A stretch of DNA of 63,986 nt, filler included, from Octopus bimaculoides (GCF_001194135.2; 9 parts of 9 records of this genome joined end to end with filler, not necessarily neighbours in it), one strand, 5' to 3'. Counted from the whole stretch's first letter, positions 39,420-52,884 are shown. Notes: generated by a model not told the origin, from the sequence alone. Translations and numbers: made by a program.

Positions 39420-40066
39420 GCGTTTAGTATTATATCAGAGTTCTTTTACAATAGTCAGGAAGTTTTGCAATAAAGACATTGAACATGCTTCGGCAAGCTT
39501 ACGGTGACGAGGCAATGAGACGTACACAATGTTTCGAGTGACACGGGCACTTCAAAAGCGATCTGGAAAACCTTCCACAAGCGTCATCCACGGAAATGTG
39601 GAGAAAATTCATCAGCTCGCGCATGAAGATCGTAGGAGGACAATCAACGACATTTTGAAGCGTTTGAGGCAGGGCATTCGGCGAAAGCGACTGGATCTGG
39701 ATCCTGTCACCGAGCTCTCCTTACTCATGAGTTTCTCGCCCAAAACAACATGATATCACTTCTGCACTCGCCCTATTCGCCAGATTTAGCACCTGCGGAC
39801 TTCTATCTCTTTCCCAAGAGGAAGATGCAACTCAAAGGTCGCTGTTTTAATATCGTTGTCGAGATCAAGAGCAAATCGCAGAAGGTCCTCGACTCGCTTA
39901 CGGAAAACAACTTGCAGACCGGAATCCAAAAGTAGCAGGAACGCTTGGACAGGTGTATTGCTGTGCAAGGCGACTATTTCGTAGGAGATGATGTTAAAAC
40001 TTAGGTAAATAAGTTATTTTTTTATTAACTATAGCTAGTCCTGGAACTTTTTGATACTACCTTGTA
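39420..40066 (+). mobile_element. Internally deleted mariner transposase remnant with right TIR
   Basis: MLRQAYGDEAMRRTQCFE, SGKPSTS..VEKIHQLAHEDRRRTINDI and HSPYSPDLAPADFYLFPK (third catalytic D motif). Ends ...tttttgatactaccttgTA. Confidence 0.85.
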
Positions 40067-40462
40067 ACACATCCATCCATTCATCCATCCATCCATCCAT
40101 CCATCCATCCATCCATCCATCCATACATACATACAGAAAATCATTCGTATAATTGTCTTGTAGTTGAATATAATATGTATTACTATATAATAATTATAAA
40201 GAATGACCTATAATGGTATATGAATGTAAGCTCAGTAACTTAAAGCTGGTGTGCGGTGCAGAAACAAATGTTGTGATCAACTATTAAAGCCTGATATCTT
40301 CCATCATCGCGTTATATTGTTCTTGTATTAATCTTATGCAAAGAGGAGTTCCGCATGTGTATCCAGCTCTGAAATATAGCCTTTTGTGGGATAACATGTA
40401 GTAGCAAATAACGACTTAACAACTTTTAGATGCCCATTACGAGCTTTTCACTCGAATAATAT

Positions 40463-40511
<49 letters not shown>

Positions 40512-40643
40512 NNNNNNNNNNNNNNNNNNNNNNNNNNNNNNNNNNNNNNNNNNNNTTAATTAATTAANNNNNNNNNNNNNNNNNNNNNNNNNNNNNNNNN
40601 NNNNNNNNNNNATATATATATATATATACATACATATATATAT

Positions 40644-40860
40644 ACAACAGACTTCTTTCAGTTTGCCTCTAATAAATCCACTCACAAGGCTTTGGTCGGC
40701 CCGAGGTTGTAGTAGAAGACACTTGTCCAAGGTATCACGGACTGGACCCGGAATCTTGTGGTTGAAAACCAAGCTTCTTACCACAAACCCACGCTGCAGC
40801 TACATTCTTTTACTCTATTATTTGTTTCATTAATGTGACTGTGACCATGCTGGAGCATAT
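40644..40860 (-). mobile_element. SINE family A fragments
   Basis: cttctttcagtttgcctctaataaatccactcacaaggctttggtcggcccgagg..., followed by a second tail fragment. Confidence 0.7.
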
Positions 40861-42166
40861 TTTTTTTATTAATCTTAGGCAGAAATAACAGAGTGACTCA
40901 AGGGCCGAGAGTTTGATGCGTTGACACTTACCAAAACTTTGGCAAGTGCCAACGCATGAATCTCTCCAACCTTAAGTCACTTTGTTACTTCTACTATACA
41001 TACATACATACACACATACATACATACACGCATGCATGCAGGCATACACACACACATACAAACATACATACATACGTACATACATACATACATACATACA
41101 TACATACATACATACATACGAGAAGATGGATTGAACAGACTACTGCATACTTGCAATAATTTCCACACATCAATACTATCTGTTCATTAGTGTGTGATAT
41201 TAACATTGCATAAATATTACACACCGGCAGTAATATATGCATCGCTTTGCACATACATATGGATATCCTGAAGAGATGCATATGCAACTATTCCTGAGTA
41301 ATATTAAGGTAATATTGTTTTCAATATAGGTAACATTTAGCAATTAACAATTGGTAATGAATGATATATTGACTATAGTAGTGATATGTAATAAAGCATA
41401 TGCATTCCATCTCTTATTAATATTTTTCTGTATATCCTATGGATATTTAGAGATTTCTGCATATATATCCGGTGAGAAAAGTCCCACTCTATGATAGCAT
41501 TTGGTAGCCACTACTTGCAGAGGAGCTTTGGAAAGCATACAATAAGGCTTCTTTCACCCCCAGATCATATCAAAATTTAAAAAATATGTGCGTGTGTATG
41601 TGTGTGTATGTATATGTACTTCCGCGTGTGTGCGTGGTGTGTGTGAGTGGTGTGTGTGCGTGGTGTGTGTCAGTGGTGTGTGTGGGTATACAAGTAAGCG
41701 TATAGATATAAAACAAGGTGTAGACAATAGTATTCAAATACTAAAGGTGGAGATACTTCTTTTATTAAAGATGAAAATAATTTTAACAAGATTGAGAAGA
41801 TTGTTTTGAGACTTAGCAAAATAGTGTGTGCGTGTGTGCGTGTGTCTGTGTCTGTGTGTGTACATGCGTGTGTATGTGTGTGTNNNNNNNNNNNNNNNNN
41901 NNNNNNNNNNNNNNNNNNNNNNNNNNNNNNNNNNNNNNNNNNNNNNNNNNNNNNNNNNNNNNNNNNNNNNNNNNNNNNNNNNNNNNNNNNNNNNNNNNNN
42001 NNNNNNNNNNNNNNNNNNNNNNNNNNNNNNNNNNNNNNNNNNNNNNNNNNNNNNNNNNNNNNNNNNNNNNNNNNNNNNNNNNNNNNNNNNNNNNNNNNNN
42101 NNNNNNNNNNNTACATATATATTTATATACATGTATACACACACAGACACAGACACACACACACAC

Positions 42167-42210
<44 letters not shown>

Positions 42211-43532
42211 GCGTCTGTGTGTGTATCTGTATTAATCTACGAACCATTAATATATGTAACTGCTTATATGTTTATTAGCATGTGCATGTATGGTCTTGTG
42301 TATTTGTGTACGTGTGTGTGTGTGTGCGTGTGTGCGTGTGTCTGTGTCTGTGTGTGTACATGCGTGTGTATGTGTGTGTTTGTATACGTTTGTACTTGTG
42401 TGTGTTTTCTTTGCACATGTACGTACGTATGGATGTACGTGGGAAATTTCCAACAAAATTTTATTACGACGCAAAAATCAGATAACAGACACCATGAAAT
42501 TTTGCGATAAGTCAAGATTAGGTAAGAGACCAACAGCTAAAATTTCTTATTTAAACAACGAATATATGTTCCATTATGTTTTTCTTTTTCTTTTTTTTTT
42601 TTTGGTTTTTACTTTTTTGTTTCTCTGAAAAATCTTTTTCTTGAAATCGTTAAATTCTTCCCTTCTTTAAAATATAAATTCTACTTAAGTAGAAAGTGAA
42701 GTATTCTCATCTTGATTAAATAATAGAACATTTCTGGAATCCCAGAGTAAAAATTGTGCAGAACATACACATATACACAAACACACCCGCACACGCAAAA
42801 ACACACATACATACACATATATACACACACATACACACACACGTATACATACACACACACCCATACATATATACACACGCACATATATATATATATATAT
42901 ATGTATGTATAAATAAAAGTTTAAATCGAAAACAAAATATCCTCACGTCATCATACACAAATAATAAAATACAATAAACATATAACATGTGTGTATGCGT
43001 GAATCTGTCTGTTGGTATNNNNNNNNNNNNNNNNNNNNNNNNNNNNNNNNNNNNNNNNNNNNNNNNNNNNNNNNNNNNNNNNNNNNNNNNNNNNNNNNNN
43101 NNNNNNNNNNNNNNNNNNNNNNNNNNNNNNNNNNNNNNNNNNNNNNNNNNNNNNNNNNNNNNNNNNNNNNNNNNNNNNNNNNNNNNNNNNNNNNNNNNNN
43201 NNNNNNNNNNNNNNNNNNNNNNNNNNNNNNNNNNNNNNNNNNNNNNNNNNNNNNNNNNNNNNNNNNNNNNNNNNNNNNNNNNNNNNNNNNNNNNNNNNNN
43301 NNNNNNNNNNNNNNNNNNNNNNNNNNNNNNNNNNNNNNNNNNNNNNNNNNNNNNNNNNNNNNNNNNNNNNNNNNNNNNNNNNNNNNNNNNNNNNNNNNNN
43401 NNNNNNNNNNNNNNNNNNNNNNNNNNNNNNNNNNNNNNNNNNNNNNNNNNNNNNNNNNNNNNNNNNNNNNNNNNNNNNNNNNNNNNNNNNNNNNNNNNNN
43501 NNNNNNNNNNNNNNNNNNNNNNNNNNNNNNNN

Positions 43533-43563
<31 letters not shown>

Positions 43564-43894
43564 TTATTTATATATGTATATTTATGTATGTATGTATGTA
43601 TGTATGTATGTATATTAAATGATTGATAGTGACGACAGAGTGTACTGTAAGCTTTATTTAGTACGATGATCGTTTCAGCTTATATCTACACTGCTTCATT
43701 GTGGGGAACGATATAATGGAATCGAATGCAACCCATAGTGCAGATTAAACCTCATCAGGTTACATAGTACGTTACAGTGTTATAACATGTACATTTTACT
43801 GTTGTGTGTGGTAGAACGGCGTTGGTCTGATGCGTGCGTTTATAGTTCTCAAATCCATTAATATGGCAGGATGGCTGGTATGTATCCAGGGGAG

Positions 43895-44097
43895 TGGCTG
43901 TCCGTACGATCGGAGTCTACTGCAATTTTTACCTTAAGAGAACATACTGGTCTACTGGTCCTGTCTCTAGGAAATGGTAGGGGTTCGCTCCCCTGCTCGC
44001 AATTTTATCAGATGCAGCTGTGCATCGTTAACCAGCTAGAGGAGATGTCCTCTCGAGGTTAAAAAATCGCAGTAGAGACCGCTTGAACGGACAGCCA
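43895..44097. mobile_element. MITE-like element with ~36-bp imperfect terminal inverted repeats
   Basis: tggctgtccgtacgatcggagtctactgcaattttt versus the reverse complement of aaaaatcgcagtagagaccgcttgaacggacagcca. Confidence 0.45.
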
Positions 44098-44229
44098 TGC
44101 TAAAGTGGCTACGAATATTACTTGTCAGTACAACTACTGCGTCGATCTCTTGGAGAGATTTTTGAACTAGTATTTTTTTAAACAATTTTTTGGCAATTAT
44201 CTGATAATACAGGCATAGACTTGCCTAAA

Positions 44230-45401
44230 TGCATCAATAAATCATATATATATATACGATCATCATACTAAAATCTTTTTCACCGTTGTTAAAATCTGAA
44301 ATGGAACTGTCAAAGCGCAATATTCGAGCAATTTTGCTATTCAACTTCAAAAAAGGACGCAAAGCAGCTGAAACTGTTCGCGATATCAACGAGACGTATG
44401 TTGAGGAAATGACCAGTGAGTGGTCAGCTCGAAAATGGTTTAAACGATTTCGCAGTGGAGACCTGAGTCTTGAAGATCGTGAGCGTAGTGGACGCCCATC
44501 TGTCATCGATGACGGTCAATTAAAGACCGTCATTTAGAAAGATCCACGTAAAACCACTCGAGAACTGGCAAAAGAACTTCATATTAGCCAGAAAACTGCT
44601 TGCAATCATTTGCATGCGATCGGAAAATCAAGAAAAGCACACGATTGGACACCACACGATTTGAATGAAAATCAGAAGATGCGTAGATAAGAAATTTGCT
44701 CGTCGCTTCTTCTCCGTAACCAGACCGATCCATTTCTCGACCGTATTGTAACTTGCAATGAAAAGCGGATTCTGTACAATAGTAAAAAACATTCTCTGCA
44801 ATGGTTGGTCCAAAATAAAGCACTGAAAACCCTCCTTAAACTAGGTCTCTACAAAAAGAAGGTTATGGTGATTGTTTGGTGGTGTACTGCTGGATTTATC
44901 CACTATAACTTTTTAAAACCCGGAAAATTCATTACGGCAGAAACATATTACCATGAAATTGTCAAAATAAACGAAAACCTGCTACCCCTCCTTCCCAGAC
45001 TGGTCAACAAAAGAGAGGCAATCAATCTTCATGACAATGTTAGACCACACGTTTCACTAATGACGCTCCAGATGTTGAGGGAGTTTTGGCTACGAAGTTC
45101 TTCGCCACCCAGCTTATTCCCTTGATCCTTCTCCTACCGACTGCCACTGTTTTAAGCACCTTGACGGTTTCCTGCGAGAGAAGTTCAAAAATCAAACCAA
45201 TGCTGAAAGTGCGTTCAAAGAGTTCATCAGCTCCAGAACTGCAGACTTTTATGCTACCGGAATAAATAAACTTGTAACTTGTTACCAAAAATGTGTTGAT
45301 TGTAATGGTACTTAGTTTGATGAATAAAATTTCTGCATTGTTAGAATATATTGTGATTAATTTCATGTTTCAAAATGTTGGTTACTTTTTACTCAGCCTG
45401 A
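44230..45401 (+). mobile_element. Near full-length decayed mariner (cecropia/Hsmar1-like); transposase pseudogene 44301-45327
   Basis: MELSKRNIRAILLFNFKKG, WFKRFRSGDLSLEDRERSGRP, WTPHDL, IVTCNEK (first D mutated to N), LHDNVRPH, SPTDCHCF. Right TIR ttggttactttttactcagcctga|TA; left TIR not seen. Confidence 0.9.
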
Positions 45402-45423
45402 TATATATATATATACTTATATG

Positions 45424-45497
<74 letters not shown>

Positions 45498-46339
45498 NNN
45501 NNNNNNNNNNNNNNNNNNNNNNNNNNNNNNNNNNNNNNNNNNNNNNNNNNNNNNNNNNNNNNNNNNNNNNNNNNNNNNNNNNNNNNNNNNNNNNNNNNNN
45601 NNNNNNNNNNNNNNNNNNNNNNNNNNNNNNNNNNNNNNNNNNNNNNNNNNNNNNNNNNNNNNNNNNNNNNNNNNNNNNNNNNNNNNNNNNNNNNNNNNNN
45701 NNNNNNNNNNNNNNNNNNNNNNNNNNNNNNNNNNNNNNNNNNNNNNNNNNNNNNNNNNNNNNNNNNNNNNNNNNNNNNNNNNNNNNNNNNNNNNNNNNNN
45801 NNNNNNNNNNNNNNNNNNNNNNNNNNNNNNNNNNNNNNNNNNNNNNNNNNNNNNNNNNNNNNNNNNNNNNNNNNNNNNNNNNNNNNNNNNNNNNNNNNNN
45901 NNNNNNNNNNNNNNNNNNNNNNNNNNNNNNNNNNNNNNNNNNNNNNNNNNNNNNNNNNNNNNNNNNNNNNNNNNNNNNNNNNNNNNNNNNNNNNNNNNNN
46001 NNNNNNNNNNNNNNNNNNNNNNNNNNNNNNNNNNNNNNNNNNNNNNNNNNNNNNNNNNNNNNNNNNNNNNNNNNNNNNNNNNNNNNNNNNNNNNNNNNNN
46101 NNNNNNNNNNNNNNNNNNNNNNNNNNNNNNNNNNNNNNNNNNNNNNNNNNNNNNNNNNNNNNNNNNNNNNNNNNNNNNNNNNNNNNNNNNNNNNNNNNNN
46201 NNNNNNNNNNNNNNNNNNNNNNNNNNNNNNNNNNNNNNNNNNNNNNNNNNNNNNNNNNNNNNNNNNNNNNNNNNNNNNNNNNNNNNNNNNNNNNNNNNNN
46301 NNNNNNNNNNNNNNNNNNNNNNNNNNNNNNNNNNNNNNN

Positions 46340-46366
<27 letters not shown>

Positions 46367-46370
<4 letters not shown>

Positions 46371-47257
46371 GTGCGATGAGTAAACTGTCGCCATTTTATA
46401 GATATCTAATTTCGCGCATACGCATTGTTTGTTTTTGATTTTATCGACTACACAGTATAGTAGGATCAACTGGGCACTGTCTGTGATAAAAACAGGACCA
46501 TGACGGAATTCACTCTGCTAAAAATTTGGAAACGACATGCTGTGCTACTTGGCATTCGCGCCGAAAACTCCAACGCGAACAATTCAGAATGTCTGTGTCT
46601 CAATCTGAGGACAGTGCAATCTGAGGACATGTACCAAGAGTGATAAAATTCAACCATCCAGTCAACATCATGGTGTTTGGAGTGATCACTAGTGATGGTG
46701 ATGTATTGCCTCCATTCATCTTCCCACATGATCTCAGAATCAACATGGAGGCCTACATCAAGTGCATGGAGGAGTTAGTACTGCCCTGAGTCAAGAGGGT
46801 GACTGCTGGAAGACCCTATGTCTGGCAACAGGATTCTGCACCATGCCACACAAGCAGGAGAACCCAGTGATGGCTGTCAGACAATTTCTACAACCACATC
46901 ACCCCTAGCATCAGGCCACCTAACTCCCCAGACTGCAACTCTCTTGATTATTATGTGTGGGGCACAGTTGAGCGAGTGACCAACAAAACTCCTTGTAATA
47001 TCAAAGACGAACTGAAGGCAAAGATTATGGCAGCATTCACCAACTTAAACAAGGAGACCGTCCAAAATAGTTGCAGGAGATTCCAAAGTTATCTGGAGTC
47101 CGTGGTTGAAGCCAATGGCGATTTTATTGAATAAATTTACTCTTTAATATATCAAGATATTTTTATGTAACTTTGGTAAATATATCTGTTAAAATGAGAT
47201 GTCAGTGTTATTTTGATTTTTGCGTAATTTAGATGACAATTTCTACACCGCACCCTA
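46367..47257 (+). mobile_element. maT (DD37D) Tc1/mariner element, internally deleted; transposase remnant 46500-47134
   Basis: TIRs CAGGGTGCGATG.. and ..CACCGCACCCTA. Catalytic region VWQQDSAPCH...PPNSPDCNSLDYYVWG has 37 residues between the second and third Asp. Confidence 0.85.
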
Positions 47258-48427
47258 TATATATGAGTGTGTGCGCGCGCGCGCGTGTATAGGCATATAC
47301 ACATACACACACACATACATATATTTTAATGTTTACTTTTGTAATATAATAACAGTTTACGATTAAAATAAAAAATTACGCAATACTTTTTAGTAGACTA
47401 CATGTTTATTAAACTTTTACGAGTGTTCATAATACTGTCGAAGTTTTGAAGCTAGCCTTCATCATAAATGTGTGTGTGTGCGATTGTGTGTGTGTGCGAT
47501 TGTGTGTGTGCACGCTCGCGCGCGCGTGTATGGTGTCTTATCTAGAGATGGGAACAATAGAAAATATATTAACTTCTATATAAATGTGATTTTTATTGGC
47601 GTGTATGTGCGCCTGTGTATGTTTGTATATATATAAATACATACATACATACATACATATATACATAAGTATATACATACATTGATATATATATATACAT
47701 ACATATATGTATGTATGTATATGTTTGTACAGTCACTTACACAGAATGTATGAGTGTACGTGTGTGTGTGTATGTGTGTGTGTGTCTGGTGTGTGTTTGT
47801 GTGTTTGTGTGTTGTATGTGTGTCATTTTTTTCATTTTTGCCCTATTTACATATATTGAGGGGAAACTATTTTGTTTCCTTCTATTGATTCATCTGTTGT
47901 TGTTGTTGTTGTTGTCGTTGTTGTTTTTGTTGTTGTTGTTGTTGCTGTTGTTGTTGCTGTCGTTGTCGTTGTTGCTGCTGCCGTTTTTGTTGTTTAGCTC
48001 ATAGTCATGATGGATTAATTATACTAGTATCCGAAGGCAATCAAGCCAAATATATAATTATGTCTTTTGTTTGAGGGATGGAGACAAAGTGCATGTAGAA
48101 TTCACGATATTTTCTTCTATGGCTTTTCGTTTTCAAATCACTAAGATTTTATCTGAAGAAGGTTTAGTTGCTATTTCTAAAAGGTCTGTTGAACACATTA
48201 GACTCCTTCCTGCCTTAGCTCGAAATGAAGTAGTTGTTGATTAGTTCTATGTGAATCAGCTCTGGTTGGGTAAAGCTACATTCAAATCCTTTACAGCCGT
48301 GATCATCTCGTCATTTTCATTCGGATACAGTACAAGATATCATCCTGTGTGTCCCAATTTTCTTTAGGATGGCTGTGTGTGATCCGAGCGGAATTCAGTA
48401 GCTATTTTTAGTCGGTCGAATACCTAT

Positions 48428-48747
48428 ATTGGTTTCAAATTTTGGTACAAAGTCAGCAAGTTCGGAAGAGTATAAATCGATTACATCGACCCCAGGGCTC
48501 GACTGGTACTTATCTGATCAACACTGAAATGATTTAGTGTGATTTGAGCTCGAAACGCAGAGAACTGTGTAACAAATGCTGCGGGATATCCCATTTGACC
48601 CTTAACTGCGATATCATACATCGACCGTGAAGGCGTGTAAGGCAAAGCTGGCCTAGGATGGATTTGAACGCAGAACAAAAGAAACAGGAATGATTATTGC
48701 TAGGCATTTCAAATAACCTTCTCACGATTCTACCGATTTGCCGCCTA
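48428..48747 (-). mobile_element. Two decayed SINE family C copies
   Basis: ggtttcaaattttggtacaa...tcgattacatcgacccc..actggtacttat and gatttgaacgcagaac...cgattctaccgatttgccgcct. Confidence 0.65.
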
Positions 48748-49176
48748 TATAATTGAGACATCCAGTATAATTGGTCTATTGATGAGAGGCATCCAATATA
48801 ATTAGAAATACTGCAGATGGTATAACCAATAGTGTAAATTGTTACAAACTCCATGAAAGATGAGAAGCGGGGGAGAGGTGGGCAGAGGAAAAAAAAATAA
48901 ATGTAACGACAGGCAACTTGCTCCAGATTTTCAATAAACAGAGAAACAATTACAAAGGCTTCAGTGAAAAAAAACTTCAGTTCCTTGCGATGTCTACATG
49001 ACACAGGCAGCTCTTAAATCATGTTGTTTAGGGAAGAATGTTGATTGATGGGACTCTTGAGAAAAATAGCCCAGAAACACTGGCATTAGTAATGACATAA
49101 CTGGCACGAAGTGGAAATAAACACAGGTGTTAATAATGTTTTCTATTACAAATAACAACAACAATAACAATAATAG

Positions 49177-49236
<60 letters not shown>

Positions 49237-50002
49237 GCAACAACAACAAAGTCAATTGTCAAAATCAAAAGATAAAATTTAGAAAATTTCGTATTTTCTA
49301 ATGTTTTGTATGAAGAAAAAAATATGTTGAACGTTATATATTTAACAAAGATCCTATAACATGTGTTCTTCTTTTAGAAGACTAGACAAACGGTCATTGG
49401 CCGCCATTTTTGTTTTTGTAATTCAAGTTTTGTTTATTTCAAGTTTCTATAACAGTCGCATTACAACGGCGTGAAAGAGTGCTGATTATTAGGAACATAA
49501 CATTTTTGGTTAAAGCAACAACCTTTTTCTTTTCTTTATTCCTTCCTTTCTTTATTTTTTTCATGCCGGAATTCTTTTCATCAACTCCGATAAGACGATA
49601 AGCAATTTGTTGAGAACTATATCAGCGTTTTCCTATAATAATTGGGTTTTATTTATAAGACTAGGAGAATAAATATATAGGAATAAAGGAAGGAAATATC
49701 CAGTGTTATTTTGACTACAGTAACGTCTTCTATCCTTATCACTAGGTTGATTCTAATTAACGTTTTAATTATGTAGATATTTATTTATTTATTGATTGAT
49801 TTATATTTTTATTTTTTATTCATTGGCTAATGACAAGAAGCAGATTGCTCATAGAAACAATAAACAATTTACACACACACATGCACACATACATGATGTA
49901 TGTACAAGCATATTTCTGTATATGTATATATACTACATATGTTTATATATTCGTGTGTATGTATTTATGTATGTTAATTTGTATATATGTCTGTCTCTGT
50001 AC

Positions 50003-50034
<32 letters not shown>

Positions 50035-50163
50035 ACGTGTGCGTGTGTGTGCGTGCGTGTGTGTGTGTGTGTGTGTACGAGCGAGTGAACAAATGAAAGA
50101 ATGTGACACTTAACACATTTGTTAGGAGTTACATACATTTTAATTCCATTTTGACTCAGCTCC

Positions 50164-50267
50164 GCTTAAGTAAAACTATTGCTAAATATATATTTAAAGA
50201 GAGAGAGAGCGGGGACAGAGAGGTGAGAGGAAGATAAAAGAAAAGAGATGGAGAGATTTATTGAGAG
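50164..50267 (+). repeat. Left arm of a ~104-bp inverted repeat (partner 52168-52269)
   Basis: gcttaagtaaaactattgctaaatatatatttaaagagagag...gagagatttattgagag, near-identical to the reverse complement of 52168-52269. Confidence 0.9.
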
Positions 50268-50751
50268 TGAAAGCTCTCACAAAACGTTACTCAGTGTTTC
50301 TTGAAACCAATCAACAGATTTTGGAATAGTTTTAAATAGTTTAGCAAATGAGAATCGAATGCTAAACAATAAAATAAACGTTTTGAGAGCGGCTTGTCAC
50401 ATTTCAGAATTAATAGCGTCTGTTAAATAATTTGACTGATCGTTGATGAAGACAATAAAAATCTTCTAAGCGATTAACGTAAGTGAGGATAACAATAGAG
50501 CCTTATTAGGGGAAATAGTTATTTCTGATTCCAGAGGAATATCTGGGGGGAAAAAAACATTTTAGAATTTAGGAAACAGACAATGAAAAATCAAAAATAT
50601 AACAAGAACAAGAAAATAGATAATTAAAAGATAAATTTCTTATGGGGAAAAGTGTGGACACAAAATGGAGTGAAAAAGATATTACTTACTGCCTGACCGT
50701 TGTGCCTTGCTCCTGCTGCTGCGTGATCAGATTAAAACGTCTTTCATTCAC

Positions 50752-51176
50752 TAGGCGCAGGAGTGGCTGTGTGGTAAGTAGCTTGCTCACCAACCACATG
50801 GTTCCGGATTCAGTTCCACTGCGTGGCACCTTGGGCAAGTGTCTTCTACTATAGCCTCGGGCCTACCAAAGACTTGTGAGTGGATTTGGTAGACGGAAAC
50901 TGAAAGAAGCCAGTCGTATATATGTATATGTATATATGTATGTGTGTGTATATGTTTGTGTATCTGTGTTTGTCCCCCCAACATCGCTTGACAACCGATG
51001 CTGGTGTGTTTACGTCCCCGTAACTCAGCAGTTCGGCAAAAGAGATCGATAGAATAAGTACTAGGCTTACAAAAGAATAAGTCCTGGGGTCGATTTGCTC
51101 AACTAAAAGGCGGTGCTCCAGCATGGCCGCAGTCAAATGACTGAAACAGGTAAAAGAGTAAAAGAGGGTAAGAGAG
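50752..51176 (+). mobile_element. SINE family A, full-length young copy
   Basis: taggcgcaggagtggctgtgtggtaagtagc through to the taaaagagtaaaagag tail. Confidence 0.92.
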
Positions 51177-51189
51177 TTCATTTGTTGCC

Positions 51190-51990
51190 AGCACTCTCTA
51201 TATGGCGGTTTAAGCACGATGTGGCTGGTAATGTGCAGGTATGAGGTTGCGTAAAGATTCCCGGGCGAAGAACAGGAGCGAACACCGTTCTTTCAGCAGT
51301 TTTTCTCCTTAGAGGAGCTGCCGTCTTGGAGAAACAAAGACTGAGACTGACTCCAAAGATCTAGAATGACATCAAGCGTCCGCCGCCCTCAACTGGTCTT
51401 GAAATATGATCGAGGATTATTTGCATGGAAGAGCGAGGGTGTATTCTATGAGATTCAGTGTGTCGCCGAAAACGGACTTGCTAGTTTGTACCAGAGGACT
51501 TTCCAACTGAGGATTACTGCGGATAATTTTCAGAAGTTCTTGGCAGTACTATAGCTGGGCGCTTACGATCAGAGATAAATTCTACAGGCATGAGAGTGCT
51601 GTCGGAATGGGCAGAGAGCAGGGAAACTGCTTGGCACATATTCGTTCAATATTTGAGCTGCGTTGATTTGTGGAATTATGATGATCAGCTGCTTTCGCAT
51701 ATAGAACGGATCCGGCTATCAGCTGAGTCCATCGTTATGCTTGGTCCGCTACTCTACTTTAACCGAAAAAGGTTGTATGGTGGACGAGATTGGAAAGTAT
51801 CGAGCCTGAGACTTGCCTTTTTGGTTAATTCCTGATCGACTTTTTAAATTTTCACTTAATATCTAAAGTAAAGGTAGAAAGAGAGGTACTTTTGGAGAAC
51901 AAACTTTGGAGAGAGCATTAGTCTTGGTGTTCAAGGAGAACTTAAATGGTAGAGTTCCTCTACAGGCCTTAGAGGTTCTCTTTCTCCAGT
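51190..51990 (+). mobile_element. L1/Tx1-like LINE 3' fragment (zf-RVT region), decayed
   Basis: Translated fragments WALTIRDKFYRH, ETAWHIFVQ..DLWNYDDQLLSHIERIRLSAESIV and FFKFSL resemble the L1/Tx1 ORF2 C-terminal LpvrDkL..CxxC..ETxxH..C domain. Many stop codons. Confidence 0.5.
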
Positions 51991-52167
51991 ATCAGGAGGA
52001 TTGCATCGTCATATTGTTAATGCTGAATAACATGTATACTTACATTTCAGCTTTATTTTATCATTTGTTTCTATGTAGATCTCCCATATTTTTAATCGAT
52101 CTTTACGTCGTTCCCTACCATCTGTCTCTCTGGTGAAAAATAGCCGATATTTTCCTGTTCGACCAGG

Positions 52168-52269
52168 CTCTCAATAAATCTCTCTATCTCTTTTCTTTTA
52201 TCTTCCTCTCACCTCTCTGTACCCGCGCTCTCTCTTTAAATATATATTTAGCAATAGTTTTACTTAAGC
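52168..52269 (-). repeat. Right arm of a ~104-bp inverted repeat (partner 50164-50267)
   Basis: Direct sequence comparison with 50164-50267. Confidence 0.9.
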
Positions 52270-52380
52270 CGAAGGCACGTGCGACGAGGTCGTCCCGGCT
52301 GCGTGAGCAAAGGCGTGGAGGCACACGGCAGCGACGACGGCGTGTAGACGCAGGCGAGGAATAAACCGAACTTTCGATGA

Positions 52381-52825
52381 CGAGAGGACGAACGAACAAG
52401 ATGGCGAGAGGACGAACGAACAAGATGGCGAGAGGACGAACGAATAAGATGGCGAGAGGACGAACGAACAAGATGGCGAGAGGACGAACGAACAAGATGG
52501 CGAGAGGACGAACGAACAAGATGGCGAGAGGACGAACGAATAAGAGNNNNNNNNNNNNNNNNNNNNNNNNNNNNNNNNNNNNNNNNNNNNNNNNNNNNNN
52601 NNNNNNNNNNNNNNNNNNNNNNNNNNNNNNNNNNNNNNNNNNNNNNNNNNNNNNNNNNNNNNNNNNNNNNNNNNNNNNNNNNNNNNNNNNNNNNNNNNNN
52701 NNNNNNNNNNNNNNNNNNNNNNNNNNNNNNNNNNNNNNNNNNNNNNNNNNNNNNACGAGAGGACGAACGAACAAGATGGCGAGAGGACGAACGAACAAGA
52801 TGGCGAGAGGACGAACGAATAAGAG
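52381..52825 (+). repeat. 24-bp minisatellite (CGAGAGGACGAACGAACAAGATGG)n next to a CpG-rich segment
   Basis: About 7 units before the N gap and about 3 after. Unit junctions create CAAGATGGCG. Confidence 0.95.
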
Positions 52826-52884
52826 GAATGTAATGATAAAAAGAGAGATATTTCTTTCTGTGTTTATCGAAAACAGGAAAAAAT

